Positions 52,957 to 64,000 of a stretch of 64,000 bases of DNA are shown here, in pieces; the stretch's first letter is position 1, and every line of letters begins with the position of its first letter. The position numbers and the translations under genes are program-made. The stretch comes from Gemmatimonadota bacterium. GTDB lineage: Bacteria > Gemmatimonadota > Gemmatimonadetes > Longimicrobiales > Gaopeijiaceae. The stretch spans positions 1,888,001 to 1,952,000 of the forward strand of contig JAXHMG010000003.1 in assembly GCA_034521595.1 (NCBI GenBank). Direction: 5' to 3'. Below the pieces are notes generated by a model that was given only the letters and a program-made list of their open reading frames with translations, ran no database searches and was not told the origin of the DNA.

Positions 52957-52993
52957 CTCGTTGTGCCTTGTTGGACTCGTGGTGCCTTGTTGG
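52957..52993. repeat. 18-bp direct repeat (2 copies, 1 mismatch) in the ugd 5' UTR
   Basis: ctcgttgtgccttgttgg (52957-52974) and ctcgtggtgccttgttgg (52976-52993). Confidence 0.85.
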
Positions 52994-53340
52994 GCAAGGA
53001 TCGGCGGCGAGGACCACCCCGGCGGCATTCAAGCTCGTAAGGTAGCCCTGTGGGCGGGTTGCGCAGAGGGGGGGTGGGGGATCGATCCGTCCCATCCAGG
53101 CATGGACGGATTTGGAGCCGTGGAGTGGAGGAGGTCCGGGACGCGGAGCTCAGAGCCGCCCTGAAGCCCTTGATGGGGCCCTCACCGACCTCGGAAGCGC
53201 GAGCGCTGGTCCGAAGACCTCGAACGACGGTTTCAGCCCGTCGTGAGTGGCCCAGGAGGTGCGCGCGCCGGCCCATATATTTCGGGGGTAAATCACTGCA
53301 CCGAATGTGGTTAGGGCGCTCGCACGAGAGGAGAGACACG

Positions 53341-54630
53341 ATGACGAAGACGACGACGGAGACGATGACGATGGCCACGACCGCCGCCGCCTCCGACGCA
53401 CGCATCGGGCGCATGGATCGGATCGCGATGCTCTACGCCGAGATCACGGCCGCGACCCGGGCGTTCCTGGCCGCGCTCGCCGAGAGCGACCGGCTCGAGG
53501 ACTGGGCCGCGGAAGGGTTCACGTCGTGTGCCGAATGGCTGACCTGGCGCCTCGGCATCACCCGCAACACGGCCAACGAGAAGGTGCGTGTGGCGCGTGC
53601 GCTCGAAGCGTTGCCGGCGACCGCCGAAGCCATGGCTCGAGGCGAGCTCTCGTTCAGCAAGGTGCGGGCGCTGACCCGCGTCGCGACCCCGGAGAGCGAG
53701 GCCGAGCTCCTCACCTACGCACGAGCCGTCTCGGCGGGCGGTCTCGAGCGGTTCGTGCGGAGTTGGCGGGAGATCGACGGCGAGGACGAAGCGGCCCGCG
53801 AACGGAGGCTCCACGCCCGGCGCGCGCTCTCGGTCTTCCCCGACGAGACCGGGATGTACGTCGTGCGCGGTCGCCTGACGCCGGAAGTCGGGGCGGCGCT
53901 CATGCGTGCGATCGAAGCGGCGAGCGACGGGCTCTACCAGGAGGAACGCGATAGGGAACGCGAAGGCGAACGCGAGGCCTCGGACGCGTTCGAGCGCGAA
54001 GAGGAGGACCGGCGCGAGGCCGCCCGTCGCCGAGCTGACGCCGTCGGGCTGATCGCCGAACGGGCGCTCGCGGCCGGGATCGGCATCGAACAGGGGAAAG
54101 ACGCCACGCCCGACCTCCCGCTCAGCGGCTCCCGGGCGGAACGCTACCAGGTGATGCTCCATCTCCGCGCGGACGCCGGCGCAGAGGACCGGCACGCGGC
54201 CGCCCACCTCGACGACGGCACACCAGTTACCGCGGTAACTGCGCGGCAGTTGGCCTGTGACGCCGCGCGGGTCGACGTCACGCACGGATCCGACGGTGCC
54301 GTGCTGGGCGTCGGACGGCGGACCCGAACCGTGCCTCCCTCGATCCGGCGAGCGCTCGAAGTCCGGGACGGTGGGTGCCGCTTCCCCGGTTGCGGCTCGC
54401 GATTCACCGACGCGCATCATGTCGTGCACTGGGCCGACGGGGGCGAGACCAACCTCCGGAACCTCGTACTCCTCTGCCGCCGGCATCACCGGCACGTGCA
54501 CCGAGGCGGCGTAACGGTCGCGATCGACCGTGACCAGCAGGTGGTCTTCTTCACTCCCGATGGACACGCGATGTCGGATGGCGGACAGATGGGGGCGTGG
54601 GAAGCGGTGGACCCCTTGGACGCGGCATGA
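53341..54630 (+). CDS. DUF222-domain HNH endonuclease (13E12-repeat-like family)
   Basis: SCAEWLTWRLG..TANEKVRVARAL, GELSFSKVRALTR, LACDA, RDGGCRFPGC..DAHHVVHWADGGETNLRNLVLLCRRHH; GAGAGGAG RBS. Confidence 0.92.
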   Translation: MTKTTTETMTMATTAAASDARIGRMDRIAMLYAEITAATRAFLAALAESDRLEDWAAEGFTSCAEWLTWRLGITRNTANEKVRVARALEALPATAEAMARGELSFSKVRALTRVATPESEAELLTYARAVSAGGLERFVRSWREIDGEDEAARERRLHARRALSVFPDETGMYVVRGRLTPEVGAALMRAIEAASDGLYQEERDREREGEREASDAFEREEEDRREAARRRADAVGLIAERALAAGIGIEQGKDATPDLPLSGSRAERYQVMLHLRADAGAEDRHAAAHLDDGTPVTAVTARQLACDAARVDVTHGSDGAVLGVGRRTRTVPPSIRRALEVRDGGCRFPGCGSRFTDAHHVVHWADGGETNLRNLVLLCRRHHRHVHRGGVTVAIDRDQQVVFFTPDGHAMSDGGQMGAWEAVDPLDAA

Positions 54631-54641
54631 AGAGCGTCGCC

Positions 54642-55757
<1,116 letters not shown>

Positions 55758-55909
55758 GTCGCGCTCCCGAGGTGGAAGGGATCAAGGACACCGGCTGTCC
55801 GGACCGTCGTGAGAAGGTACCGATCGGAGCGTGCGAACCATACATTAACCCATTGCTCCGAGCCGCATGCCTGCGCAAGGGAGCGTCTCTTCTTCCGGCC
55901 CCGCTTTCC

Positions 55910-57406
55910 ATGCCTCACAGCCATCCCGTCATTCCCGTCATCATGTGCGGAGGCTCCGGCACCCGCCTCTGGCCGCTCTCCCGCTCCGCGGCGCCGAAGC
56001 AGTTCGTGCCGCTCGTGGACGAGAGCAGCCTGCTCCGGGAAACCTGCCGACGGGTCGCTCCTCACGCCGGGGACCACTGGATCGCAGTGGCCAACGTCGA
56101 TCACCGCTTCCTCGTCGCCGAGCAGCTCCGGGCCGAGGGCATCGACGACGCCTCGATCATCCTCGAGCCCGTCGCCAGGAACACCGCGCCCGCCATCGCC
56201 GTGGCCGCGCTCGAAGCGCTCGCCAAAGGCCCGGGGGGGCTGAACGGCCTCGAGCCCGACATCGACCCCGTCCTCCTCGTCCTCCCGTCCGACCACGTCA
56301 TCCGGGACCGCGAAGCGTTCGGTGACGCCCTCGCCCACGCCGTCACGGCCGCCGCCGAGGGCGCGTTGGTCACCTTCGGAGTCGTGCCCACCGGGCCGTC
56401 GACCGGGTACGGCTACATCCGGGCGGGCGAAGGCAGCGCGGACGCCGCCGGGGCGGGCCGAGCCGACGAGGCCGAGGCGCAGCCCGTCCGCCCCGTCGCC
56501 GAGTTCGTCGAAAAGCCCGACGCCGACACGGCTTCCCGGTACCTCGCATCCGGCGACTACTACTGGAACAGCGGCATGTTCGTGTTCCGGGCCGGCCGCT
56601 ACCTCGAAGAGCTCGAACGGTACCGCCCGGAGATGCTCGCGCGAGCCCGCGCGGCGTTCGAAGCGCGCCATGCCGAAGCCGACTTCGTGGAGCTCGCCGA
56701 CGAGCCGTTCCGGGAGATCGCCGGTGAGTCCATCGACTACGCGGTCATGGAGCATACCGACCGCGCCGTCGTGGTCGGGCTCGACGCCGACTGGAGCGAC
56801 GTCGGATCGTGGGACGCGCTCTGGGACATGGCGGACAAGGACGACCACGGCAACGCGACCTCCGGCGACGTCGTCACCGCCGACACGCGCGGCTCCTACC
56901 TCCGCGGCGACGGGCGCCGACTGCTGGCCGCCGTCGGTCTCGAGGACACCGTGGTCGTCGACACGCCCGACGCGGTCCTCGTCGCGCCCCGCGCCCGCGC
57001 ACAGGACGTCAAAGCCATCGTCGAGCAGCTCAAGGCCGCCGACCGCGAGGAGGCCGAGCTCCCGGCCCGGGTGCTCCGGCCCTGGGGCGACTACGAGAGC
57101 CTCGACGTCGGAACGACGTACCAGGTCAAGCGGATCACCGTGAAGCCCGGCGCCAAGCTCTCCATCCAGAAGCACAGGCACCGCGCCGAGCACTGGACCG
57201 TCGTCGAAGGAACCGCGCGCGTGCTCCGTGACGACGAGACGTTCGATCTCGAGGAAAACCAGTCGTGCTTCCTTCCGCTCGGCTGCGTGCACCGGCTCGA
57301 GAACCCCGGCACCGAGCCGCTCGTCCTCATCGAGGTGCAGCACGGCGACTACCTCGGCGAGGACGACATCATCCGGTTCGAGGACGAGTACGGCCGGGTG
57401 GGCTAG
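55910..57406 (+). CDS. manC: Mannose-1-phosphate guanylyltransferase / mannose-6-phosphate isomerase
   Basis: GGSGTRLWPLSR, EPVARNTAPAI, FVEKP, WSDVGSW, cupin RPWG..HRHRAEHW. Confidence 0.96.
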   Translation: MPHSHPVIPVIMCGGSGTRLWPLSRSAAPKQFVPLVDESSLLRETCRRVAPHAGDHWIAVANVDHRFLVAEQLRAEGIDDASIILEPVARNTAPAIAVAALEALAKGPGGLNGLEPDIDPVLLVLPSDHVIRDREAFGDALAHAVTAAAEGALVTFGVVPTGPSTGYGYIRAGEGSADAAGAGRADEAEAQPVRPVAEFVEKPDADTASRYLASGDYYWNSGMFVFRAGRYLEELERYRPEMLARARAAFEARHAEADFVELADEPFREIAGESIDYAVMEHTDRAVVVGLDADWSDVGSWDALWDMADKDDHGNATSGDVVTADTRGSYLRGDGRRLLAAVGLEDTVVVDTPDAVLVAPRARAQDVKAIVEQLKAADREEAELPARVLRPWGDYESLDVGTTYQVKRITVKPGAKLSIQKHRHRAEHWTVVEGTARVLRDDETFDLEENQSCFLPLGCVHRLENPGTEPLVLIEVQHGDYLGEDDIIRFEDEYGRVG

Positions 57407-57430
57407 CCTGTCGCGACTCGGAACGTGTCG

Positions 57431-57811
57431 TCAGAGCCGCCCCAGCCTCAGCCCCTCCACACGCTCGAAGTGCGCTCGGTTCCGGGTAAGAAGAGCCGCC
57501 GACCGTGACAGACAGGTCCCCGCGATCAGGTAGTCGGCCATCCCGATCGGGCTCCCTCGTGCTTCGAGGTCCCGCCGGATGGACGCGGCACGGTCCGAAG
57601 CGGCAGCGTCCAGCGGGAGGACGGTCATCGCATCCAGCAAAGTGCGGACCCGTGCGAGCGCCCCCTCCGTACGGGCACCGCTGAGCAGCTCGAACGCCGT
57701 GACGGCCGTCGTCGCCAGGACCCCGGAAGCCAGCTCCTCGGAAATCCGCCCTGCCACACGCTCCTGGCCGCGCAGGGCGTCGATGAGAACATCCGAATCC
57801 GCAACGATCAA
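57431..57811 (-). CDS. vapC: VapC-family PIN toxin
   Basis: DSDVLID, ELLSG, ADYLIAG, LLTRNRAHF. Confidence 0.9.
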   Translation of the reverse strand: MIVADSDVLIDALRGQERVAGRISEELASGVLATTAVTAFELLSGARTEGALARVRTLLDAMTVLPLDAAASDRAASIRRDLEARGSPIGMADYLIAGTCLSRSAALLTRNRAHFERVEGLRLGRL

Positions 57812-58047
57812 CGCCAGCGCTCCCGGAGCCGCCGAATGGACTCCCGAAGCTCGTCGGCCTCGGTGTCTTCCAGGCTCCCGAGCACCGCCTGCGCCTCATC
57901 GACGCGACGGCTCCGATCCTCATCTTCGTCGAAATAGCGCCGTAGCGCCTCTTCGACCACGGAGGAAAACCCCCGCTCGCCCCTGCGCGCAGCCGCTTCG
58001 AGCAGCTTTGCACGCATGTCGTCGGACAGCTCGACCGTAGTTCTCAT
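57808..58047 (-). CDS. VapB-like ribbon-helix-helix antitoxin
   Basis: MRTTVELSDD...FSSVVEEALRRY; overlaps the vapC start. Confidence 0.85.
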   Translation of the reverse strand: MRTTVELSDDMRAKLLEAAARRGERGFSSVVEEALRRYFDEDEDRSRRVDEAQAVLGSLEDTEADELRESIRRLRERWR

Positions 58048-58082
58048 GCCCAATGCATATATGGCATGCACATGCATGTCAA
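58048..58082 (-). promoter_or_regulatory. vapBC promoter with repeated ATGCAT/GCATGC operator palindromes
   Basis: TTGACA-N17-TATGCA, 6 nt before the ATG, no SD; spacer TGCATGTGCATGCCATA. Confidence 0.7.
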
Positions 58083-58187
58083 TACGCACTCACCGTCATC
58101 GTCACACCCACCTGTCGCGATCCGCCCGCGCGCCGTATTCTGCCGGACCGGAGCTCAACCCCGTGTTTCAGGAGATCAGGAGATCAC

Positions 58188-59117
58188 ATGAAGACGAAGG
58201 TCATGGTCCTGGCGACCACGCTCGCGCTCGCCGCCACCGCGTGCTCCCAGGACGCCGCCCGGGACGCGGCCGCGGCCGACGACGGCCCCACCCCCGAGGA
58301 GATCGCGGAGCGAGCCGCCGAGCGACAGGCTGAGCTCGACGCACAGGAGCGGCCCATCGAAGCGCTCAACAGCGTCTGGCTCGAAGAGCTCACCTGGATG
58401 GAGATCCGGGACGCCATTCGGAACGGGAGCACCACCGCGCTCATCCTGACCGGCGGCGTGGAGTCGAACGGGCCCTACCTCGCCTCCGGCAAGCACAACT
58501 ACTCCAACCAGCTCCTGGGCGAATCCGTGGCGCGCGCGCTCGGCAACACCCTCGTCGCACCGCTCGTCACGCTCGAGCCCGGCCGGCCGAGCGGTCCCGT
58601 GACCGTCGGCAACACCGGCCCCATGGTCTCGCAGGACACCTATATCCGCTGGCTGATCGACATGGGGGACAGCCTGCGCGGCATGGGCTTCACCGAGATC
58701 TACTACCTCGGCGACAGCGGCGGTAATCTGCGCGGCATGCAGGCCGCCGCCGACTCGCTGAACGCCCGCTACGGCGGCTCACCCGCCGTCTTCCACCATG
58801 TGGAAGAGTTCTACAACCACGAGCAGGTGCGCCGGTGGATCCAGGAGGATCTGGGCATCCCCGAAGAGCTCGAGTACACGGCGAGCCGGGGCTCGGACGG
58901 AATCCACGACGAGCTGTCGATCTCCTCGGTCATGGCGGCGCTCGACCCCACGACCATCCGGTTCGAGCAGCGCGTCGACGCCGGCCTCGCCTCCATCAAC
59001 GGCATCGACCTCGAGCCGCTCGAAGAGACCCGGGAGCTCGGCCGGCAGGTGGTGGACTTCCGGACGGACCTCACGGTCGAGGCCATCGAGGCGTTCCGGG
59101 CGGAACAGGGGCTCTGA
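58188..59117 (+). CDS. Creatininase-family lipoprotein
   Basis: Lipobox ATAC; EELTWMEIRDAI, GGVESNGPYLASGKHN, GDSGGN; AGGAG RBS. Confidence 0.8.
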   Translation: MKTKVMVLATTLALAATACSQDAARDAAAADDGPTPEEIAERAAERQAELDAQERPIEALNSVWLEELTWMEIRDAIRNGSTTALILTGGVESNGPYLASGKHNYSNQLLGESVARALGNTLVAPLVTLEPGRPSGPVTVGNTGPMVSQDTYIRWLIDMGDSLRGMGFTEIYYLGDSGGNLRGMQAAADSLNARYGGSPAVFHHVEEFYNHEQVRRWIQEDLGIPEELEYTASRGSDGIHDELSISSVMAALDPTTIRFEQRVDAGLASINGIDLEPLEETRELGRQVVDFRTDLTVEAIEAFRAEQGL

Positions 59118-59124
59118 GCAGCCC

Positions 59125-59682
59125 TCAGGTCCCGAACCGCATCCCCATCTGGTAGAATCGACGAGCGCGGCGCGCGATCTCCGCACGCTCAGGAGCAACA
59201 TACCCCAGAAGATGGTCGCCTAGCCGAACGGCCTTTCTGGCGAAATGCTTGGTGCTGAACAGTAGGAACGAACCCATGGCAACCAGTCGGTCATTCGCGA
59301 CGATCATGTCCACGAAAGCCAGGAACGTCTCCCCGGTGAGCGTCTTCACTGCGGGGCTCGATCCAGCGACTTCCTGTAATACGTCATCGTCATTGGAAAT
59401 CGTGCGGTTCTCCAACTGGCTCGTCATCGTCAGCATGTCCCTCATACGCAGCTTGCCACTGTTTCTGATGCCGACATTCACGGCGAACATAAGAAACTCG
59501 TAGACCTTCGAATCGGGGGCGAGTTCCCCATCGACAGCCATGCTCTGGAGCCGGTCGCGAATGGCGTGAAAGCGAAACGCTTTCTCGCGTATGCTCAGAT
59601 TCTTCGCAGTGTGCCGTAGGGCGAGGCGCTGGAGTGAAAGGGCAAGGGCAAGGGCGATCAGGGCGACGATCACGCTCGTCAT
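59125..59682 (-). CDS. Hypothetical membrane protein (185 aa), low GC
   Basis: GGGAGGTGG RBS before ATG 59682; N-terminal TM (VIVALIALALALSL) and a second hydrophobic stretch. Confidence 0.7.
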   Translation of the reverse strand: MTSVIVALIALALALSLQRLALRHTAKNLSIREKAFRFHAIRDRLQSMAVDGELAPDSKVYEFLMFAVNVGIRNSGKLRMRDMLTMTSQLENRTISNDDDVLQEVAGSSPAVKTLTGETFLAFVDMIVANDRLVAMGSFLLFSTKHFARKAVRLGDHLLGYVAPERAEIARRARRFYQMGMRFGT

Positions 59683-59695
59683 GCAGCCACCTCCC

Positions 59696-59980
59696 TCAGT
59701 TGGTGTCGTCCTCGGAGCCGTTCCTCGGCTTGGACGAGGCTCGGAGTTGGTCGATTGCTGGTACCGCCGTGGACGACGGCTGTTCTCCCAAGACATGCGC
59801 CAACAGCTTGTCGTGGACCTTGCTCATTCTCTCGATCTCGCCCACGTAAGCTTTTTCATGCCGATCCAGGAGTTTACTTATCCAGCGCGATTGCCACCAG
59901 ATAAAGCCCAGCAGTATCCCGACTACGGGCCCGTAGTCCTTCAGAATCTCCAAGAACACCTGCACGTTCAGAGCTTGCAT
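59696..59980 (-). CDS. Hypothetical single-TM small protein (94 aa), low GC
   Basis: DYGPVVGILLGFIWW TM followed by an amphipathic helix; ends 13 nt before the partner ORF. Confidence 0.65.
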   Translation of the reverse strand: MQALNVQVFLEILKDYGPVVGILLGFIWWQSRWISKLLDRHEKAYVGEIERMSKVHDKLLAHVLGEQPSSTAVPAIDQLRASSKPRNGSEDDTN

Positions 59981-60098
59981 CCCCGGTAGCACCCCGTGAC
60001 GTCATGGCTATTCCTACGACGGTGCGGTCTCCCGGAAATTCTCCCCACCTTCCGGGCGATGCGATGTCCCTACGAGACGGGACCCGCGCTCGCCACCC

Positions 60099-62126
<2,028 letters not shown>

Positions 62127-62278
62127 AGTCAACGAAGCGCTACCCGGGGTTGGTGCACGGTATGGAGCGGCCCATCGGGCCATGTCGCCGGCCCGGAGGC
62201 CCGACGAAACTCCCCATGATCCCCGCATGGAGACCGTAAGTTCCGGAGGCCGTCCGAAGCATGTGCCAGCGTCCGTCC

Positions 62279-62325
62279 TTGACCCCCGCGCGAAACAGTA
62301 CGCATGATAGTGGTGATTCCATGCG
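62279..62325 (+). promoter_or_regulatory. Promoter/operator of the antitoxin-PIN pair
   Basis: TTGACC-N18-CATGAT overlapped by inverted repeat CGCATG(62301)...CATGCG(62320). Confidence 0.55.
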
Positions 62326-62347
62326 CACAGCTCAAGCAGAGGGTCCC

Positions 62348-62593
62348 ATGGCGAAGAAGCGTCTGAACATCACGGTCGAGCCCGAGATCTTCGAGCGAGC
62401 CCGGCGGTACTCGGACCTCCACGGCACGAGCATCTCCCGGCTCGTGGGCGAGTTCCTGGCGAGGCTTCCGGAGGTCGAAGACGCGGAGCCTCGGGAACTC
62501 CCTCCGACCGTGCGACGGCTCCTGGGCGTCGCGAAGGGCGGGCCGGACCGCGAGGACTACCGCCGCCACCTCATCGAGAAGCACGGCGCGTGA
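62348..62593 (+). CDS. Antitoxin (DUF6364-like RHH)
   Basis: [47 protein letters not shown]. Confidence 0.82.
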   Translation: MAKKRLNITVEPEIFERARRYSDLHGTSISRLVGEFLARLPEVEDAEPRELPPTVRRLLGVAKGGPDREDYRRHLIEKHGA

Positions 62594-62997
62594 GGGTCCT
62601 CCTCGACATCAACGTGCTGCTGGACGTGGTCCTGGCGCGCACGCCCTGGCATCTGGCGAGTGCCCGGGTCCTGGCCGCGGTGGAGCATGATCGGTTGGAG
62701 GGATGCGTGGCGGGACACACGCTGCCGACCATTCACTACGTGGTCATGAAGAGCCGGGGCCGTGACGCGGCGGCCGCTGCCGTCACGGATTTCCTCGGCC
62801 TCGTCGACGTCATCCCCGTGGAGACCGCCGATTTTCAGCGGGCCCTAGTACTGCCGATCGACGACTTCGAGGACGCGGTCCAAGCCGCCGCGGGGCTCAG
62901 GGCCGATGTCGAGCACATCGTAACGCGGAACGAGCGCGACTTCGCGAGCGGCCCAGTGCCACCCATCCGGCCCGAGGAGCTGCTGGCGGTGTTGTAG
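62590..62997 (+). CDS. PIN-domain toxin
   Basis: VLLDINVLLD, DFEDAVQ, IVTRNERDF; GTGA overlap with the antitoxin. Confidence 0.9.
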   Translation: MRVLLDINVLLDVVLARTPWHLASARVLAAVEHDRLEGCVAGHTLPTIHYVVMKSRGRDAAAAAVTDFLGLVDVIPVETADFQRALVLPIDDFEDAVQAAAGLRADVEHIVTRNERDFASGPVPPIRPEELLAVL

Positions 62998-63076
62998 TTC
63001 GATGGAGCGAGACGGGGCCATCCTGTCACCTAGGTTTCCGACCCCGGAGTGCGGGGGGATGGTGGGATGAGCTGTG

Positions 63077-63295
63077 TTACGAAGCGCGTCGAGGATCCCG
63101 CACGGACTTCGCCAGGGCGCGAAGAGCCTCGTTCAGCGCCTTCGCGTCGGAAAATACTTCAGCTACATCGGGATCCAACACGACGACATTGCTTCCCCGT
63201 GCGCAACGCTCCGCGTATTTCCCACGGACTCCACCGCTGAAGTCGTATTCGTCGCAGAGGTCCGACGCGGCTCCGGATTCAGGTTTCTCGCTCAT
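63077..63295 (-). CDS. BrnA-like antitoxin
   Basis: EYDFSGGVRGKYA...VVLDPDVAEVF...NEALR; follows brnT. Confidence 0.8.
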   Translation of the reverse strand: MSEKPESGAASDLCDEYDFSGGVRGKYAERCARGSNVVVLDPDVAEVFSDAKALNEALRALAKSVRDPRRAS

Positions 63296-63557
63296 AGGAT
63301 CGGCGCTCGGCATTCGTGGCCGAACGGGCGCTAATGATACGGATCGAATCTTCCGCCTCGGCGTGCGCCACAACGACGAGACGACCCCTGTAACTTAACC
63401 CCATGAGGACGAATCGTGCCTCACCGAGTGAGCGCATCGGGTCTGGAATCGTCAGCGACAACGGGTCCGAAAACGCAGTGGCGGCCTCCGGGAAGGTGAT
63501 GCCATGCTTCTTGGCATTCGACGCGGCCTTCGCTGGATCCCAATCGAACCGCAGCAA
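63279..63557 (-). CDS. brnT: BrnT family toxin
   Basis: FDWDPAKAASNAKKHGITFPEA...IRIISAR.AT..ER..Y. Confidence 0.9.
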   Translation of the reverse strand: MLRFDWDPAKAASNAKKHGITFPEAATAFSDPLSLTIPDPMRSLGEARFVLMGLSYRGRLVVVAHAEAEDSIRIISARSATNAERRSYERET

Positions 63558-63689
63558 TCAGGAGACTCTCGGCAAAGGTGTTCATCGACAGCACGACGTC
63601 ACGTCCTGGTAACCTGCGAGGAGGACGACTGCAACCAACCTGTCAGCGAATTCCCGCTACCGCCATGAATGGATGAGCCGTTCCTCAGC

Positions 63690-64000
63690 TCACGCGAGCT
63701 CCAACACCAGCCTGAGCCCCGCGTCCACCTCCGCCATGGCCCGGCTCGACACCATCCTCGCCTTCTCCACCAGGTAGTCCTCGTCCAAAGTCACGACCTG
63801 AGTCACGTTCGCTACGGAGTCCTTCGGGAGACCCGAATCGCCGGCCGTGACCAGCACGTTCCCCGGCGCGGCGAGCAGGCGCGTGTTGGACGTGAGCACG
63901 ACGCAGAGCACGGTTCGCAGCTTACTTCGGTTGAATGCATCCGCTTGGACGACGAGCACGGGACGTCGGTATCCCGGGCCCGAGCCGCGAGGCTCATCGA
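63690..64000 (-). CDS. mazF: PemK/MazF family toxin (5' end outside window)
   Basis: DEPRGSGPGYRRPVLVVQADAFNRS...LTSN...GLPKDSVANVTQ. Confidence 0.9.
   Translation of the reverse strand, partial: DEPRGSGPGYRRPVLVVQADAFNRSKLRTVLCVVLTSNTRLLAAPGNVLVTAGDSGLPKDSVANVTQVVTLDEDYLVEKARMVSSRAMAEVDAGLRLVLELA

Noticed and set aside
54224-54241. Palindrome as a parS site
   Set aside because: Only 8 of 14 positions match the GTTTCACGTGAAAC core; kept as an unknown palindrome instead.
62127-62347. LexA/SOS box upstream of uvrB
   Set aside because: No convincing GAAC-N4-GTTC or CTGT-N8-ACAG; the lineage's own motif is unknown to me.
62998-63690. Integron attC sites between the TA modules (TAAC at the brnA stop)
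   Set aside because: No RYYYAAC...GTTRRRY pair or long imperfect palindrome; modules are in mixed orientation; no intI in the window.

Overview
High-GC (about 70%) bacterial chromosome segment, most likely Gemmatimonadota (Longimicrobiales-like). This assignment is an inference from gene content and gene order. Bases 1-52.9 kb are mostly minus-strand core operons: hrcA-hemW-dprA-obgE-ansA, ctpA-tmk-ino1-ylbF-prmC-prfA-rpmE, lnt-rimO-lolA-ftsK-comB, accC-accB-efp-aroQ-TPR, a divergent SurA/PpiD gene, tatA, a polyprenyl synthase, an SgmX-like TPR protein, a formiminotransferase, a lipoprotein with a sigma54-type promoter, lptD-tatC-nrdR, a complete tol-pal cluster, LysM/radC/rimI/tsaBE/nadD/bamD/TPRs, and uxs-ugd. 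Bases 53-64 kb look more accessory. They hold a DUF222-HNH endonuclease gene inserted against the nucleotide-sugar genes (with an internal 18-bp perfect palindrome and a hairpin-containing leader), degT, manC, a lipoprotein creatininase-like gene and uvrB. They also hold four toxin-antitoxin loci and a low-GC pair of unknown membrane-protein genes just downstream of uvrB. The best candidates for an undescribed system are that low-GC pair, the DUF222-HNH element, and a dispersed set of myxobacteria-like polarity/type IV pilus TPR genes. I found no tRNA, rRNA, CRISPR array or transposase. All calls come from motif recognition by eye; no database searches were run.
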